Notes under the pieces: generated by a model
Seen by the model: only the letters and a program-made list of their open reading frames with translations
What the model was told of the DNA's origin: nothing
The model's database searches: none
Assembly (NCBI GenBank): GCA_001949185.1
Contig: BDGG01000022.1
Span: 62,001-126,000 of the forward strand
DNA: 64,000 bases
DNA from: Ramazzottius varieornatus
Lineage: Eukaryota; Animalia; Tardigrada
Reading direction: 5' to 3'
Made by a program: the position numbers and the translations under genes
Part shown: positions 1-13,117 of the stretch, one piece after another
How the letters are laid out: each line of letters opens with the position of its first letter
How positions within the stretch are numbered: position 1 is the stretch's first letter

Positions 1-285
1 CACTTGAGAATCGGAACTTCGGAAGTCCACACTCCGGTTCGGTACCGCGCAGGCACCGCAGCCTCGCCCGTAATGTATCGCGCACATGCATCCAAGCTGA
101 CTTCGGAGAAGTGAACAGTCAGCGTACCTAGGTGCGTAACGACAGACCTGGATAGATTGAGCAACGAACACACTGGCTTACACGAAGACATGTGACTTTT
201 GTTCTGACTCGAACGTAGTGAACAACAGCCGTTTGGTTTCTTTGGCTCTTTCTTGATTTCAATAGTTTTCAACATGGTACTGGCT

Positions 286-456
286 TGATATATCGATATA
301 TCACTGCAATAAAATTCGATATATCAACAATAAAATATCAGAAACGTATCATATCGAAATATCGATACGTGGTTGATATCTAAAACGAAATATAAATATT
401 GAAAGATATTCATCAGGAAATATCATATCGTATTTTATCGTATTTATCCCAGCACT
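286..456. mobile_element. Terminal fragment of a hAT-type MITE (ATATCG/CGATAT-rich subterminal region ending ...TATCCCAGCACT)
   Basis: Dense ATATCG motifs. The reverse complement of the right end (AGTGCTGGGATAAATACGATAAAATACGAT) matches 2885-2914 (AGCGCTGGCAAAAATATGATAAAATTCGAT). No TSD found. Confidence 0.5.
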
Positions 457-1238
457 TTCCACCACTGACAGTGATTGCCAGCAGAATTCCGTCCGTCCCG
501 TCGGTTCACTGTGGGTTGTTGGTAAATCACCTGTTCACAGTTCACAGCTCCGAAAAGCTGTCTTCTTTGACTGATCGTGGATTGGTCGAAGTGAAGAAAT
601 TCCACGTGTCAGTTGTGGATCTGTGGATTTATGCAGTGAAATCAGCTGGGATCAGGATGTACCGGTTACCGGCACTGATCAGCAGCTGTACACGCACGAC
701 GAGAATTTATGGGCCAGTACAAATTATGGGCGAGGCGGAAAAGACGGCAAAATAGAAAACCAACCGTACACAAGTGTCGGAAAGTGCATTAGTATGAATC
801 AGTCGCGTACGTACATACTTCCGTACAGCCGTAGCCAAGTAGCCTGGCCCTTAACTTTTACTGACCCGTAGTTTCTCGTCGTGCGTGTACTGTAATGCTT
901 CTTGAACTTCGCGACTTACGTCATAGTACTTCCCATTGTCGGGCCGTTAGAGCGAGCGGCGTTGAAATCGTCCCATGTACCACTAGCTAGTGGTTGTAAC
1001 CACTGGGAAGGCCGAGCGACGGAGGCAAACCATTATAAAGGACACATTTTTACTGCGTTGCGTCGCCTGATGCCAGTAATCTTTTTTCCTCGCCGACTTT
1101 CTCTTCGCTTGTACCACAAGAAAACTTGCAAATTTGACAAGGCTGTCAAATTCGAAGTACTGCAGAAACTCTAGATCTCATTCCGACAAGCAGCATAGCA
1201 TTGAGCAGCGAGCCGGTGGAAACCAGCCCACCCGGAAT

Positions 1239-1271
1239 CTGAAAAGCTGGCCCGTGGGGCCAGCTTTTCAG
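1239..1271. repeat. Perfect 15-bp inverted repeat with 3-nt loop inside a GGCCC/GGGCC-rich patch (about 1210-1460), probably a MITE remnant
   Basis: CTGAAAAGCTGGCCC-gtg-GGGCCAGCTTTTCAG; a second short palindrome TGGCCCGACGGGCCA lies near 1389. Confidence 0.6.
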
Positions 1272-2883
1272 CGAAGGAAAGAATCGGGCTCACTGGGCCG
1301 ACTTCCGGCTGGCCTAAGCCCACATGTCATTCGGTCAGCCCTTCGTTCCAACTGGCCCCACCCTCCAGCTAGTCAGAAACAAACGCACTGGCCCGACGGG
1401 CCAAATCTGCTGAACGACGACCCCATGGGCTAGAACTGCAGCTTTCTTGCCCCTAGGCCATTTGGCTCCAGTGTCAACCAGACCTCAATGCGTCCCTGCT
1501 GACAAGAGGCTGGCTCGTGCGAGTGGCTGGCGCCACGGTGGATAGGTAAAAGGGCTTGTGATGTTGGCCGGGGTGCAGCAGTCTGAACCAAGATAGTGGT
1601 CCGGACTTAGGGTGGTGGACTGAACTGTTGACATCACGGGGCTGCGCCCCCTGAACACACTGCCGACTCGCACTCCGACGCTTCGCGCCTCCGTTGCTCG
1701 GTCGTCCACCATGCCGCCAGTTCGTCTGGGGTAGGCGGCGGTAGCTCCTGTACTGTTCTCAGTGATACAACTTGTTGACACTGCTTTTGTGTGGCGGGAG
1801 TCTGTGGCAGTTCGGTGAGTTCGTCCGTCCGGGCCCCGTCGTGACTGCCGTGCCGAGCTGAGTAGGAACTGACCGAATTGCGATTAAACACTTTTGGTCG
1901 CCCGGATGAAGTGGCGCTTTTTTTCTCAGTACGGAGTTTGCGACATCTAGAAGCTTGGAAATTTTGATCGTGCACTAAAATCTCGACTTATAAGGGTCTC
2001 GCTTCGCGTGGCCTGGTAACACGTCGACAACTGGGTTTCGGCAGTCCATTTTTGGTCACAACTTTTTTAGCTCTGAACCACCCTTTTTCGACATGAATTT
2101 GTAAGAAGTTTCAAGGGGTATCGAATGCTAACTTCGCCACGGATAGGAGTCTTTCAAAACTGCTCGCCCTACTCGGAAGACTCCACCGAAAATTCTGGGG
2201 GTGATTACCAGCTGAGAAACCCCCCACATGCAGGGTTAAGCCTAGCAAGCCAGTCTGCTGGGGTGGGAAACGATATAGCCTATACCTAACTTTCCGCTAC
2301 ACTTGATTGACCGATTGCTTTCTTACTTGGGGCGGATAATTTAATGACACAAAAACTGTGAATTTTTCCAGTTACTGGTTTAATTCGTTAGTCCATTCAA
2401 GATCTTGGAGTTAACTGAGCCACCAATGCCTTAATGTCGGGCACTTTTAACGAAGTGAAACAAAACGCCTCCCAAGCACCGTGAGACCAACTAAACGTAT
2501 CACCTTACAATAAACAATCTAGTTTCCCGTTATGGTGAAGTACATGGTTAATGCTTTGAAGCAATTCTACACTACAGTACGTCTTCTACCGGTTGTTTCG
2601 TGAAATAAGACATTGACGATATTATAAGGTCTTTCAGTATGAAATTGCAGTCCTTTAGGGTCAGAATTCAAAATCTCGTTTCGAAGTCAGCTGATGTCGA
2701 ACTTTAGTGAAGAGGTCTTCTCGCTTTTTGCAAACAAGATCCACTCAAAACGCTAACAGGGGGACATAGGAAGAATTTCGGAATAATAGTGATGCATGTC
2801 TACCAAGACCATTCTACGAATTTTTTGCCGCACGGTCAGCTGCGCCATCACACAGGGAAAAGGGTCATTGTTTTAGTAGGAAC

Positions 2884-3051
2884 TAGCGCTGGCAAAAATA
2901 TGATAAAATTCGATACGATATTTTTCGATACAACATCGGCGGATATTTAATTGCGGTCTTCGATATTCATTAGATATCGACATTTCGATACGATATTTTT
3001 CCGATACCGTATCTTCGATATATCATATCATATCGCAGCGATATATCGATA
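2884..3051. mobile_element. Second copy, inverted, of the ATATCG-rich hAT-type MITE terminus
   Basis: Starts TAGCGCTGG followed by repeated CGATA motifs; inverted similarity to 286-456 at both ends of the segment. Confidence 0.5.
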
Positions 3052-4444
3052 TTACTGGAATTTTTAGTTTTTCGGAATTCCACTGTTTCAAGCCCAAAAA
3101 CTCAAGAAGCCGATTCCACATAAAGTATTAGTAAGATCCAAAGCGTCGGATGTAGCAAAGACATGACTATAACCAGGACTTCAAACACATGGAAACCTGG
3201 ACAGAATTAGTACCAGAACCGAATGGGTGGAGTGTGCTCGGTACACCATGGCCAAGATCAAGTCTCTGAGATCAACCATGGTCTTCCGTAAACGAGATAT
3301 TACTGGCGAGTTTGCCATTCAGCAAAATACCGATGATTTTTCCCCATTTCGGTCGTATTGTACTAAAGTCAAACAACAACACTTTCGGTGAGTGTGCCAA
3401 AGTGTCTTCAATCACTGTGTGAGATTTCGGAAAATCTGCTCTGCCCGGGCCGGGGGAAGAAGAAAATTTCTGTCGCGAAAGCTCAGATTTTTGAGCTCTG
3501 TTTTCCTACCTGGCAATTTTCCGAAGAGGACATGCATTGTCAAAACTGAAACGGGCAATCAAGAGCCTTCTTGTTGCTGTACGTTCCTGCGTCAAGCGTA
3601 TAATTCTAGGAGCGCTGGTGACGACAAAAGAATTTTTCTAACAAGGACGTCAAAATTTTCGGAATTACACGGACACAACCAGCTCCAGCAATTTATCGTG
3701 AGGCTGGAGTGGAGCTTCGTTATGCTCAGTCGAAAGACGACACCATACGCTATGCTCAGTGAAAAAAGAGGGGATCGAAATATTGCTTTTGACCAGGGAT
3801 AGAATTGCTTGAAATAAGCGTTCGGAAAACGGCAGTTTCATACTGAAAGACCTTATAGCAGAACGATGCTTTAGCCACCCTTCAAAACCCCGTTTGGCTG
3901 TAGGCACCCTGGCCAAATTCATTAATTCGAGCAGTCCTTCAATGCGATGTAACTATGGAGACCCGTTTAAAAAATTAAAACTCACATGGTGTGCGTGATG
4001 TGCAAGAAGGCCCAGCAATCCAACCACGACCATACAAAGCACTTTATATTGCTTGTCGGCGTAAAACTTCTTGGCGGAGGTTTTGCAGAATAAGACTCCA
4101 TTTAAGCAGGCTGCTATCTGTCCGGCGCCAGAAGGATGCGACTCGGTTGCCACCGGAGTTGAAATGACACTGCGCCCTGGACGAGGCCTGAAGTGCGAAT
4201 GAACCGTACAGAAACCTCATTCGATCATAAGAGCAAACGCAGCTGTCGCTATTTCCATCATTTCAGTAGCATGCTCACCAGCAGACCAATTGTAAGCTGT
4301 TGATGATTTTGTCGTTGAAGTATCTGCCGAGTGCCAAACGGGGAGGTTTTCGAAGTGCCGTCATCTTCTTTTGTTCTTCTTGAAGGAACTTTCTGTTTTG
4401 CACCACCCATTTTGCACCACCCTCGAACATGTCACTTTGGTTAA

Positions 4445-5921
4445 CTAGATATTCTTGACAGGAACAGGTTGCAGTCCTCGTCCACCCAAGTGAGCACGAT
4501 ACCGGTGAACTGTCACCAGAGCCCAAACCTGTGATGAATAAAATGATTAAACGATCAAGTGATATTTTTCCCAAAAACCGATCAGCACAATGACCGAACA
4601 GCGTGCCAAAAGTAGCTGAAGATGCGCGATAGCACACCATCTAGTACGATTCTGATGGAACAGCTGATCGGCTGAGCTGCAATCTGTTCGATCAAACTCC
4701 CGAACAGAGAGCTGCACTAGTTTAGGTTCGTCACTTCCGGGTCCAGTAGTTTATTCCAGCATCGTCGGGGGATCTAGTTCCCTACCTCAGATCATAGAAG
4801 AGACTCTTTTCTACCGTTTTGCCGGGAGGGTTTGACTGTCGGGACGTCGGGACAGGCATAATCCCCTTGTCAGTTGTGCCGGTTGACGGTTAGGTACGGC
4901 AAGCTGACTATTCAGTACATGGCCGCCGACAACTCAGCACTTTTGGACGGTTTTTGAACTGCGACCCGATCATTGCGAAGTTTTTTATAGCACTTCGAAG
5001 TCCGTTCAGTCATTCTGACTCACCCTGTACAGTACTATGTCTATGCTTTTAAATACGTGACTTACATCGACTGTGATTAGAATGCCGAAGACAATTGTGC
5101 TGGCGAGCATAGAAGGGAAGATGCTAATGTATTTCATCTGGAACAACCAAAAATGCAAAATTAGTCATGTTCATGGGATTTGATCCGTGAAGTACAGCAA
5201 TCTAGTAACTTATGTCCATGATGGCGAAGTAGTATATCTGCCAGCAACCCATTGCGATCTGATAGATGATGAACAGGGTGAATATGCTCATCCAGAAACC
5301 CAGCATTTCAGGCGATTTTTCAGGACGAAAATCAAATTTCAGGACGAAAATCAAATTGGGGTCAATCATGCTGACAGCAATATTGTGCGGAAGGTCGGCA
5401 AACAGTCTCGAAATGTCATTAACTCAAGTGGCGCACGTTTTTCATGTTATTGGCTCGAAACGTGCGTCACTTGGAAACTCAACAAGACTGCTGTCCGAAG
5501 TGGCGCATGTTCCAGTGTTACTGGCTGACAACGTGCGCCACTTGAGACGACGATCATTCTCAAATTGTCTGCCGATCTCCCAAATAACGGAAAGCATCAT
5601 TGTCTGTAGTATGGTCGTACCGGGCAAAAAACGTAAGAAGAAGCTCACGCGGAAAAGGCCACAGAGGAGCATGAACGCAGCAAAGATGAGCAAGAAGGCG
5701 ACGACGAAACTAACGATGTGAGTCCAGATGTAGTCCGAAGCTAGAATCAGATCGTGGATATTGAAGAACAACAACAGACCGACCATCACCGGCAATAAAG
5801 GACGGTTTGTCATAAAATGTCCAGAAGCGACAGCAGGCACTGTACTTACCAATGTGTAGAAGGCCACCATGAAGCATCCAGTCTCCAACGAGCACAACAG
5901 GCATGATTTTGACGAAGTCAT
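4445..5921 (-). CDS. Small four-transmembrane protein, LAPTM/DUF4728-like (5 exons)
   Basis: Spliced model: MTSSKSCLLCSLETGCFMVAFYTL | ...IVSFVVAFLLIFAAFMLLCGLFR | KSPEMLGFWMSIFTLFIIYQIAMG... | ...ASTIVFGILITVD | VWALVTVHRYRAHLGGRGLQPVPVKNI*. Cys-rich N-terminus and four hydrophobic segments, GT-AG junctions. Confidence 0.7.
5425..5544. repeat. Intronic hairpin repeat family (CAAGTGGCGCAC-loop-GTGCGCCACTTG), two tandem units
   Basis: Units at 5425-5473 and 5497-5544, inside an intron of the 4-TM gene. Confidence 0.85.
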
Positions 5922-6238
5922 GGCGACTCTTGACTTCTTCGCGGCTTCCGAAACTCCTTGGGATATCTTCCTTGGTCCGCACAATCTACACAGAGAGCTC
6001 AGGAGCGTGCTGGAAACTGAAGGTAACCTGGAAAGGCAAAAAAATGACCTGTGCTGTGTGCTGCTGGTTCCTAGCTGTTCACAACTTCACCAGAGCAGTC
6101 GTCTACGGTTGATTTTTGATTGGTCAAAGTGAAGGAATGCCACCTGGCAATTATGGATCTGTGGGATTCATGCAGTCATCAGCTAGAATTCCATCCAACG
6201 TCCATTGTACTTTTCTTGGTGGTTTGCAGCGGTGGACG

Positions 6239-7474
6239 CAGTGTTGTTCCGATTATTGTAATACGTAATTGAAAATGGCCAAGTTTAACGATTTTCGGAT
6301 TCCGATACAACAATTCAAATTACAAATTCTATATTGTACATTTCGATATTAATCAGAATTGAATTGGAATGCCAGAGATTTGACGATATTTTAATGTACA
6401 ATTGACATCCAAGATGTTGGTAATTTAAATAGTGACCGTCAATGAGAGGCACGCGATATGCATGTAGGTATAAAATTTTCTCAACTTATGAAGTACCGCA
6501 AGTGGTTGATTGACTGAGCAGGGGTGCGCTGTTGCAAGTTGCACCGCCGCTCAGGATTATAATGCGTACGTAGTGCTTCGCAAAGGAGCTGCAGTGCGTC
6601 CTCTTAGGCGCAACCAACACCTGGTGGGCCTGTCTTAGAGCACGGAATCTGGCCGCATGCGCTGCACTGCACTGCAGCTGTGCTGTGCTGCAGCACAGCT
6701 GCAGCGCGCGAACTGACGAAATTTGTGCGGCACAGCACAGCATACAGCAGAAAGCCATAGACTACCGCGCAGATGCACCTACCGAAACCTAACAAGAATT
6801 ACAGTTTTTGGGCATTCGAACGTCAGCCGTCTCAGCTTTCCCGTACTTTGAGGCAGCGTTCTCCAGGTTGACTACCGATTTTGCTGACTGAATTACAAAC
6901 CACGTCAATACATCGGCGTTCCGCGCAGTTGCACCAGGTCAACGTGCATCTGCAGCACAGCTGCTTCGCCACTGGGCATGAAAGTTTTGCAGCACAGCGC
7001 AGCGTACAGCGCCCTGGTAATGTGCGCAGCACAGTTACAGCGTACTTTTGGACCTGCGGCTCAGTGCTCTAGCCTGTCTAGGGTTCTGTCTCTGAACTGG
7101 GGATCAAGTTTACGCTTACGCGATGTACCGCGGCTCCTTCGTAGTGCATAACAGTCCGTTCTGACGGCAGCACTCTGTACTGGATACCGGGAACGACGTA
7201 GTCTACACGAAAGACCAGAGAGTCATTCTAGACGCTTACCCATCGCGCGCGGGGTACTGAACAGAAATGCCAGTTTTATGGAAACTGAAATTACAAAACA
7301 CTATCGCAATAATTCAAAATGATTCCACTTGTAGTCGAAAGTCATATTTGAGTTAATCGTAATTGATAATCCAGTCAGGATGAGGTAGCCGCAATTCAAA
7401 CTGCTGCTGCGCGGGGAATTTCGATTAATCGTAATTGCAATTGAAATTGAAAAAGTCATATCGGAACAACACTG
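6239..7474. mobile_element. Non-autonomous hAT element, middle level, inserted into the left TIR of the outer element
   Basis: 15-bp perfect TIR CAGTGTTGTTCCGAT; 8-bp TSD GGTGGACG at 6231-6238 and 7475-7482; AATT-rich subterminal regions. Confidence 0.93.
6636..7071. mobile_element. Non-autonomous hAT element, inner level (436 bp, GCTGCAC/GCAGC-rich)
   Basis: TIR TAGAGCAC...GTGCTCTA; 8-bp TSD GCCTGTCT at 6628-6635 and 7072-7079. Confidence 0.9.
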
Positions 7475-8055
7475 GGTGGACGGATGATTTAGACAGTGAA
7501 TTACGGATAACACAGAACGGCTTTCCAAGATCAAGTACAGCCACACTCGAAGACGGCAATCAATCAAGCAATATTCTTCTAAACTTGAAAAACCGCTTCG
7601 AATGTCGTTCGAGCACTGGGTCTCCTGACCAATGAAGAAAGGATTTCCGCACCCATGACCAAGTTGTCAGTTCCAGCGGTTCGTGGCCAGTCGCACGAAA
7701 CAACTGCGTTATTCTTGATATTAGGCTGTCTAAATCATCCGTCCACCGCTGGTGGTTTGTTTACATTCCAATCTTCAAATTCCAGTCCAGCTTTCTCCAT
7801 TCATTCATTTTCTTCCCGAAGAGAGTCCTTATCCCTTTAATCAATAACGGTCGATAATCTGAGGGATTTCATTGCTGCCTCAACCAGGGGAACTGACGGG
7901 AGAGGAAGCGGAGCCAGAGCCATAGTGTGTGACAGCGAGGAGGCGCTCTCGAGTCACAGACAGCGAGACGCAGTGGATGCTGATGCATAGTAGGAAGGGG
8001 ATTCAAAGCTCGTCCGAAAATCTTGATCGCTTCCCTATCTCTTTAGTTTGCAAAG

Positions 8056-8869
8056 ATGGACGTGGGAGCGGGAGAAGCAGGTGGACCATGGTACTTACGG
8101 ACAGTGACCAGAATCGCTGGCATCGTCGGAGGTTTAGGTAAGGGAGATACGCCTTGTGAGTTGTCAGATGAGGAGATCGTTAGTCAATCAACTGCTTACT
8201 CGCAGCAAAACGTTTTGATTGATCATTCTTATCGTTGTTTTGCAGGTGCCATGTTTATGGGAATTTGGGTGGCCGTATCCATCTTTCCCACATGCATCAT
8301 CGCGGGAGTGTTACAAATGTAAGTGGACGCCTCTTCTGTTGTCGGCCATCCGGTCAAGCAGTGATTCTGTGATATGGTAGAGCGGCTGGACTGGTGGTCT
8401 TCCTCTTCGAAGCGCCCTTTATGTTGAGCTTTCTGTCGTCCCTCTCGCGCTTTGCTGACTTCTGGGAAGGACGACCTGCATGGTACAAGCCCGTTTTCTA
8501 CGTGACCATGGGCATCGTTCCTTTGCTGCTCTGCCTGGGCCTCAGCTCGCTGCTGGCTTCGGCCGGAATCATCGTTACAGGAGTTCTCTATGGCTTCATG
8601 GCCTTCGGAAGACGGTAAATAGATGCAATCTACTGTAAAGATATCAGCAAAAGTGCTGGGCCACATTTTAGGTAAGATTGTTGTTTCTTTGCAGGGGCAA
8701 AGCTGGTGGAATGGGTAACATGGGAGCCCCGCCGCCCGCATTCACTGGGGACACCAGCGGTTACGCAGCGGGAGGATATCCTTCCAGCGGCTATCCGGCC
8801 GGTGGCGGATATGGTCAGCTCAACTCGGCCAACGTCGAAAGTCAACTGTACCCCAGCGTTCCTCGTTAG
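8056..8869 (+). CDS. CACFD1: Calcium channel Flower homolog (4 exons)
   Basis: PWYLRTVTRIAGIVGG, CIIAGVLQ, LFEAPF, WYKPVFY and TGVLYGFMAFGRR match Flower/CACFD1 motifs; Gly/Tyr-rich tail. Confidence 0.88.
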
Positions 8870-9223
8870 GGACGGACATCATACTTCCATATGATAGCAA
8901 GATCTCCTCGCTTTACTTTCCTATGTCACAATCATTGCGTTTCATGTTACTATTTTCAAAATTTTAACCTGTGTGTGGTTTGCGTCTTGCATGTAAGAAG
9001 CACGTTTTTATCGCTCGTTTTTTTAACGCTGTCTCTTTTTTCCGTTGCTTGGAATTCTTCTATGGTTTGGTTTTACCACACCCCGAAGAGGATCGAAAGC
9101 ATGGCAGTAAGTTTTGTTCAATTCAGTGATTAATATTGTCTCATTTCCGGGCAGCTCTGTCACAGACTAAGTAACAGAATCAATAATAAAGTGAACGAGG
9201 ATTAATTTCGTCGACTGCGCTTC

Positions 9224-11860
9224 TTAGGTGTGTTTCCTGTAGGGACCCGCGGGAAGTTCCACGGGTACGTCAAGGAGAGGGTGTACTGCACTTCGTCCTT
9301 GCTTTTCCTCTCGACCAGTTTCGCGCCGATAACTTTGGCCATATTGTGAACCCTGTTTTCCAGCAAAGAGAAAGTAATCACGGGATAATACCCACGAGAA
9401 TCCCGAGAAAGGTTTCTGTAGTACTAACCACCTGAAACTCTGCTTGGCACCGTTGATCAACATCATGAACTTGGTTAGATCCACCGGCAGGAATTTCTCC
9501 AAATATATCAACAGCAGCAGCATATGAGCCACCAGCTTGTTTTTAAGGTCGTCGGGAATCATCCTACAAAACAGGGACACTACAGTAATAAGACATACCA
9601 GCCGAATCTTTTGCTCTTTTAGGCATTTTTTCACTTACCTTTTCTTAGGCATAAACTGTGGTGCTTGCGTGAAGTTCTCCAAGCAGTACTCGACAGCGAC
9701 CGGCGGGGTTCCTTCGCGAAACATTTCTAGACAACGAGACAAAAGTTGATTGCTTTGCTGGGGATAGAGAGTAGTGTTCTTACCGTTGGGGAACATGGCA
9801 TGCTTGACGTCGATGAGCATAGTCAAAATTTGCTCGACAAAGAGCAGCGTGGCCACGCGTCGAATGAGCTGAGCTTCTTCCTCGTCCTTCTCCGGCACGC
9901 GTCTCATTTCCCGCTTCAGCTCGTGGGTGAAGAAGACCGTCCACCTCGGTGTCCCTTTGGCCACCTTCAGTAACGTTTTGCCGTTATCTAGCAGTTGTTT
10001 TGCCATCGGACGATATCTGGCAAAAAAGGCACATTTCTACTCTATTTGAGACCTTGACACATGTGTTCTTCCAAGTGGCGCACGGTCCCAGCAAATAACA
10101 GGAAGAACGTGCGCCACTTGGGAACTCGACCGGATCGTTTCCTCCAAGTGGCGCACATCTTCAGTGTTAATGGTCGAACACTTGCGCCACTTGCAAAAGG
10201 ATCCTGTTAAGTTTGCAACCTTTCGCGCATTCAAAGTTGGTCTATTACCCTTCCAAAACTTCGTCGAAAGATCTATCGAAGGAAGGCCAGTCATACAGTT
10301 CGCTAGCGTCTGTAGCGTCGACATTGAGGCCAGGCGGTCTCATTTCCTCGCCAATGCTCAAGTTCAAGTCGGCATTCTCTGGTTTGGTTAACATCTGCTC
10401 GACGTCTTCGGCGCTGGCTTCTTCACCAAAGTCTAGCAAACCTGCTGGTACCGCCATCGCCGCAGTTTCAGTGCCTTTATCCGCCTCTTCCTTCTTTATG
10501 GTCCTACGCTTTTTCTTTTGAGCAGATTGGAAGTCCGACACCGTCATGGCAGCTCCCTTCTTTCCACGAGCTGAAAATATAACACCTAAATCAGCAATCT
10601 GAAATGGAATGATATCCAGACGGAAAAGTTACCGGCAGGTTCAGGAGTAGCCTCAAGTGGATCGTCCGAATCTGGCGTTGATGTGCGAGATGGTGAGCCT
10701 GGCTTGGCCGGTTGAAAGATGGACGACTTCCAGCTGAGTCGTGGAAAGACATCGGCGAAGGACGTCAGGCGTATTTCCTTCTTATTTTTATGCCAGACGG
10801 CCAGCATGTAGCGAGTTCCGTCGCCCAGAGAGTTTTCTCCTGCGTACTGGTGTCCTCCCACATCGACCACCTATGAAACCACTAATCAGTACAGTGATTG
10901 GTGAGCCCCACTAGCTTATGACTTCAACCGGAAACGCTCATCCAATCTGACCGGAAGTCTTTTACCTACGTAGTACTTACGATGTTGCTGGGACGGTGAG
11001 GTTCAACAGGAGCAAAAAGGCACTTTTTGGCCTGGGCATCGTCGACAGATGGATACTTGAGGCATCCGCTGGCCAGCAGGTTGAGCGTCTTCTGCTCTCG
11101 TCTGCCGAGTGCGCTCTCCTCGCCGTAGACACATTCTTCGTCTCGCTCTTCTTCCAGCTCGTCCTGCTTCAACAGATGCTGCTTGCGCTTCTTGGAAACG
11201 TGATACTTGGACACCAGCAAGTCTTTGGAGGTGGCTTGAGGCAAAACTCTGCTCTTATTGGCGAAATGGACTGCAGGGCAAATACTGAGGTAAATACGTA
11301 TAACTTGGATCATGAGCATCATTCATACCGATCAAAGGCTTCATGAGCATGGATTTCCTAGAGTTTTTCTGGATAGTCGCTTTATTTCGATGGCTTGTAA
11401 CTGTCAAGCAACACTTCTGCTCAACGAAAAGGATACACGTATAAGAAATCTTACTCCAGTAATAACCAACTTACGTTCAAAATAATTCGTGTCGCCATCG
11501 TGTGGCTCGTCTTCGCCTTCTTCTTCTTCTTGAGATCTGGACTCTAGATCGACTTCAGCGTGCCCTTCTACCCCTTCCGGTAAATCCTGGCTGCGAAAAT
11601 ATCAGTGTCCCTCAGCTCAGATGAGGTTGTCGAACAATGTCAATATAGATGCAGATTTACCTGCGTCTTTTCTTCTTCTTGTGTCGATGTGCAGATTCAT
11701 CTTGCGGGGTGGCTTCCTCTTTAGCATGCTCTGTCTCCATTTCGACGTCGATCTCGTCGCTTCCGTCCTCCTTCGTCTTGGCCGCATGCTCCAGAGAATC
11801 CGACAGGGAGATGAAGTCCGGCGTTTCGAAGGCACTACGCTGTTTTTTTCGCGACGACAT
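9224..11860 (-). CDS. POLR1E: RNA polymerase I subunit RPA49/PAF53 with a long charged N-terminal extension (multi-exon)
   Basis: QYAGENSLG...RYMLAVWHKNKKEIRL, RPPGLNVDATDASELY, GTPPVAVEYCLENFT and IPDDLKNKLVAHMLLLLIYLEKF...VDLT occur in the same order as A49/PAF53 blocks. The start at 11860 is inferred. Confidence 0.75.
10072..10193. repeat. Intronic hairpin repeat family, two tandem units
   Basis: Units at 10072-10120 and 10145-10193 in a POLR1E intron. Confidence 0.85.
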
Positions 11861-13117
11861 CCTTTCGACGATATGGCTTCGCCGTATCGTACAGCTTCAC
11901 AATACCCGCTGTGGAGCAGCCTGGAAACGTTCGCAACAAAAATCTCTGTATCGACCAAAGCAACATCAGATCTCCAGCCTCAGAAGTACTATAGCTTCCA
12001 TTTCCCGTCGCAGAAGAGTTGCCGAAGCGTCACTGCGTCAGCCGTCAGCTGACCGATGACATGACATGACATCACAAGCTGGAAATATAATGACATCTTG
12101 ACGGCAATCAGAGAATCAGGCAATCAAACGCAAAACTCGCAATGATGTCACTGCAGAAATCAGGAAATTATCTCCGGATGTCGGCCAGTCGCGGAGCAGT
12201 TGGAGCAGACAATCCGAGGTGCGAGTGCGAGAATCAGAACACTCTGCTGGGCTGCTTCCTGGGCACTTCCGTGTCGGTCGGGAGCCATCACTGTCAAACC
12301 ACAGTGATTACCAAGCTGAGCGACTTTCATTCTCCGCTTCTTCAGGTGCCGGCCAGGCAGTTTCACAGCTGCGCCGGAGGAACTTTAGTCCCTCCATCGG
12401 ACATCAACCGGAAGTTACCGGCAATATTCATTCAGAAACCACCACTTCCTCCAACCAACACGGGCTCTGGCGGTTGGAGCACGGGCGCAAGCACAGGCAC
12501 AGGCACAGGTTCTGGATCGGTTTAGAGTTCGGGTTCGGGGAACGACGGTGGCGGAACCCTAGTCGAGGACGCTGGAGCCGATGCTTCTTCGGATGTGCAA
12601 CAAAGAGCAGCTAGCGCCTCAATGGGCAACGCACGATCCGCCGCAGCATCCAGTGGGGCCCCCAAAATATCTGTATCATTCGCACTTTGTTGTCACATGC
12701 TGATACTTGTTTCTTCTGCTTGCATTTCCAAGTTTTGGGGACATCCCTGACCGTGCAATGAGTTCGTAGCCTATTGGATGATCTAACAGAGCGTGCAACA
12801 AATTGTTAATGCGCCCTTCTTTCACCCTTTAGTTACATCGATGCTGCCGCGACCCTTGCATTTGTGTTCTCTTAATTTTGTGTGGGATAGCCGGAAAATG
12901 GACATCAGAGGCATCCTGAGCACAACAAACTTATTGACCAGCTTATAACAAGCTCTTCCAGGTCTTCGAGCTCCAAGCAGCACATATATCGCTGCCTTAT
13001 TGATACGGCTAATTCACTGGCAATGAAATCATAAAACGATTAAACAAGATGATGTATAATTTAAGAAAACAAAAAGAAGGTTCTCTGTCAGTTGGTTCCC
13101 TGGTGGTATGGGGGATA

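Larger units (their letters stand above)
6227..7751. mobile_element. Non-autonomous hAT element, outer level (about 281 bp once nested inserts are removed)
   Basis: 26-bp TIR CAGCGGTGGACGGATGATTTAGACAG; the left copy is split by an insertion and the right copy is at 7726-7751. 8-bp TSD GTGGTTTG at 6219-6226 and 7752-7759. Confidence 0.92.

Noticed and set aside
1485-1975. Minus-strand ORFs (e.g. LPPPTPDELAAWW) as a transposase fragment
   Set aside because: No recognisable catalytic or domain motif.
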